Source: Spirochaetota bacterium (GTDB taxonomy: Bacteria > Spirochaetota > UBA4802 > JAFGDQ01). Taken from it: 64,000 bases of DNA. Positions 63,140 to 64,000 of the stretch are shown here, piece by piece; the stretch's first letter is position 1; each line of letters begins with the position of its first letter. Location of the stretch: assembly GCA_043803405.1 (NCBI GenBank), contig JAZDKB010000023.1, positions 1-64,000 of the forward strand, given 5' to 3'. Below the pieces are notes generated by a model. The model worked only from the letters and a program-made list of their open reading frames with translations, was not told the DNA's origin and ran no database searches. A program made the position numbers and the translations under genes.

Positions 63140-63748
63140 ATGAAGCTTAATCTGTTCGAATACTGTATGATGAATAATCCCTTGAGAGCATTTATTCAAA
63201 CAAAATATGAATTCCCGATACTGCAAAGAATGGTACAAACTAAAAATCTGAAAAAAGTATTGGAAATCGGATGCGGGAATGGCCATGGAACGACTTTAAT
63301 AAAAAAACTTTTTAATCCTGAACACATTGTTGCAATTGATTTAGATGAAAGGATGATTAATAAAGCAGTAAAAAGAGAATTGTCTAATGTAACTTTTAAA
63401 GTTATGGATGCTTCAAAACTCGATTTTGAAGATAATGAATTTGATGCTGTTTTTGATTTTGGAATCATCCATCATATCCCTAATTGGAAAGATTGTATCT
63501 TTGAATTGAAAAGGGTATTAAAAAATAATAGTGAAATAATTCTTGAAGATTTATCAAAGGATACTTTTAATACTATTTTTGGCAAATTTTTGAAGGTTAT
63601 TTCCGATCATCCTTATGCCGACATGTACTCAACAGATGAATTTATACATTGTTTAAAACGATCTGGTTTCAAGCTTTTGCATTACAAGGAGTCATATCCA
63701 TTAAAAACAATTAAATTTTTTTCCTTGAGTGCGGTTGCGAATAAATGA
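63140..63748 (+). CDS. Class I SAM-dependent methyltransferase
   Basis: VLEIGCGNG, FDAVF, RVLK; AGGAGG RBS. Confidence 0.92.
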   Translation: MKLNLFEYCMMNNPLRAFIQTKYEFPILQRMVQTKNLKKVLEIGCGNGHGTTLIKKLFNPEHIVAIDLDERMINKAVKRELSNVTFKVMDASKLDFEDNEFDAVFDFGIIHHIPNWKDCIFELKRVLKNNSEIILEDLSKDTFNTIFGKFLKVISDHPYADMYSTDEFIHCLKRSGFKLLHYKESYPLKTIKFFSLSAVANK

Positions 63749-63791
63749 TATAAATATTTTTTGTTCTTGAAAGAAAGTGCTGCTAAAAAGT

Positions 63792-64000
63792 GCCTAATAT
63801 TCTGTTGATATTTACAAACAAGCAAAGCAAATTCGATTATCAATTAAACAAAGCACAAGAATATTTTAAAGCCGCAGAACATGTAACTGCTGCTACAAAA
63901 CCTCTTTTAATCCTGATACAATTTCTGCATTTGCCTTTCTGTGGCACACATTCATTAAAGTTAAAAACTAGAAAAGGCTGAATAATTTCATAAATTATTC
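63792..64000 (+). repeat. Inter-cassette repeat, copy 3 (internally deleted; runs off the window)
   Basis: GCCTAAT joined directly to the AATATTCTGTTGATA... portion of the repeat. Confidence 0.85.

Noticed and set aside
60586..63981. Short ORFs 60586-60783, 60768-61031, 61886-62071 and 63790-63981 as genes
   Set aside because: They lie inside the repeats and their frames are not conserved between copies.
60639..64000. Long repeats as a CRISPR array or IS copies
   Set aside because: Units are ~390 bp and separated by whole genes; there are no cas genes, transposase ORF or terminal inverted repeats.
1..64000. rRNA, tRNA, integrase, transposase or phage genes
   Set aside because: None recognised by eye; tRNAscan and Rfam were not run.

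Overview
AT-rich bacterial chromosomal window. A diderm envelope is indicated by several outer-membrane beta-barrel genes; a spirochaete-like host is only my impression. It is dominated by phosphate-acquisition and envelope-lipid genes. Phosphate genes include a putative phosphate porin with pstS, alkaline phosphatase, a metallophosphoesterase and pstB-phoU-phoB-pstC-pstA-phoR. Many promoters carry hexamer arrays with exact 11-bp periodicity that resemble Pho boxes. The best candidate for a new system is the minus-strand cluster at 11.2-21.6 kb. It encodes serine palmitoyltransferase, a reductase closely resembling eukaryotic KDSR, a GNAT-type bacterial ceramide synthase, two GT4s, a UPF0104 flippase-like protein and a GT-C transferase, i.e. 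a probable (glyco)sphingolipid pathway. Also present are an Arn-like lipid-linked amino-sugar cluster (26-34 kb), a signalling cluster with a duplicated sensor domain (40-47 kb) and two PIN toxin-antitoxin pairs. The last 4 kb hold an integron-like cassette array separated by unusually long (~390 bp) repeats that contain a decayed YaaC-like gene fragment. All family calls come from motif recognition by eye; no database search was run.
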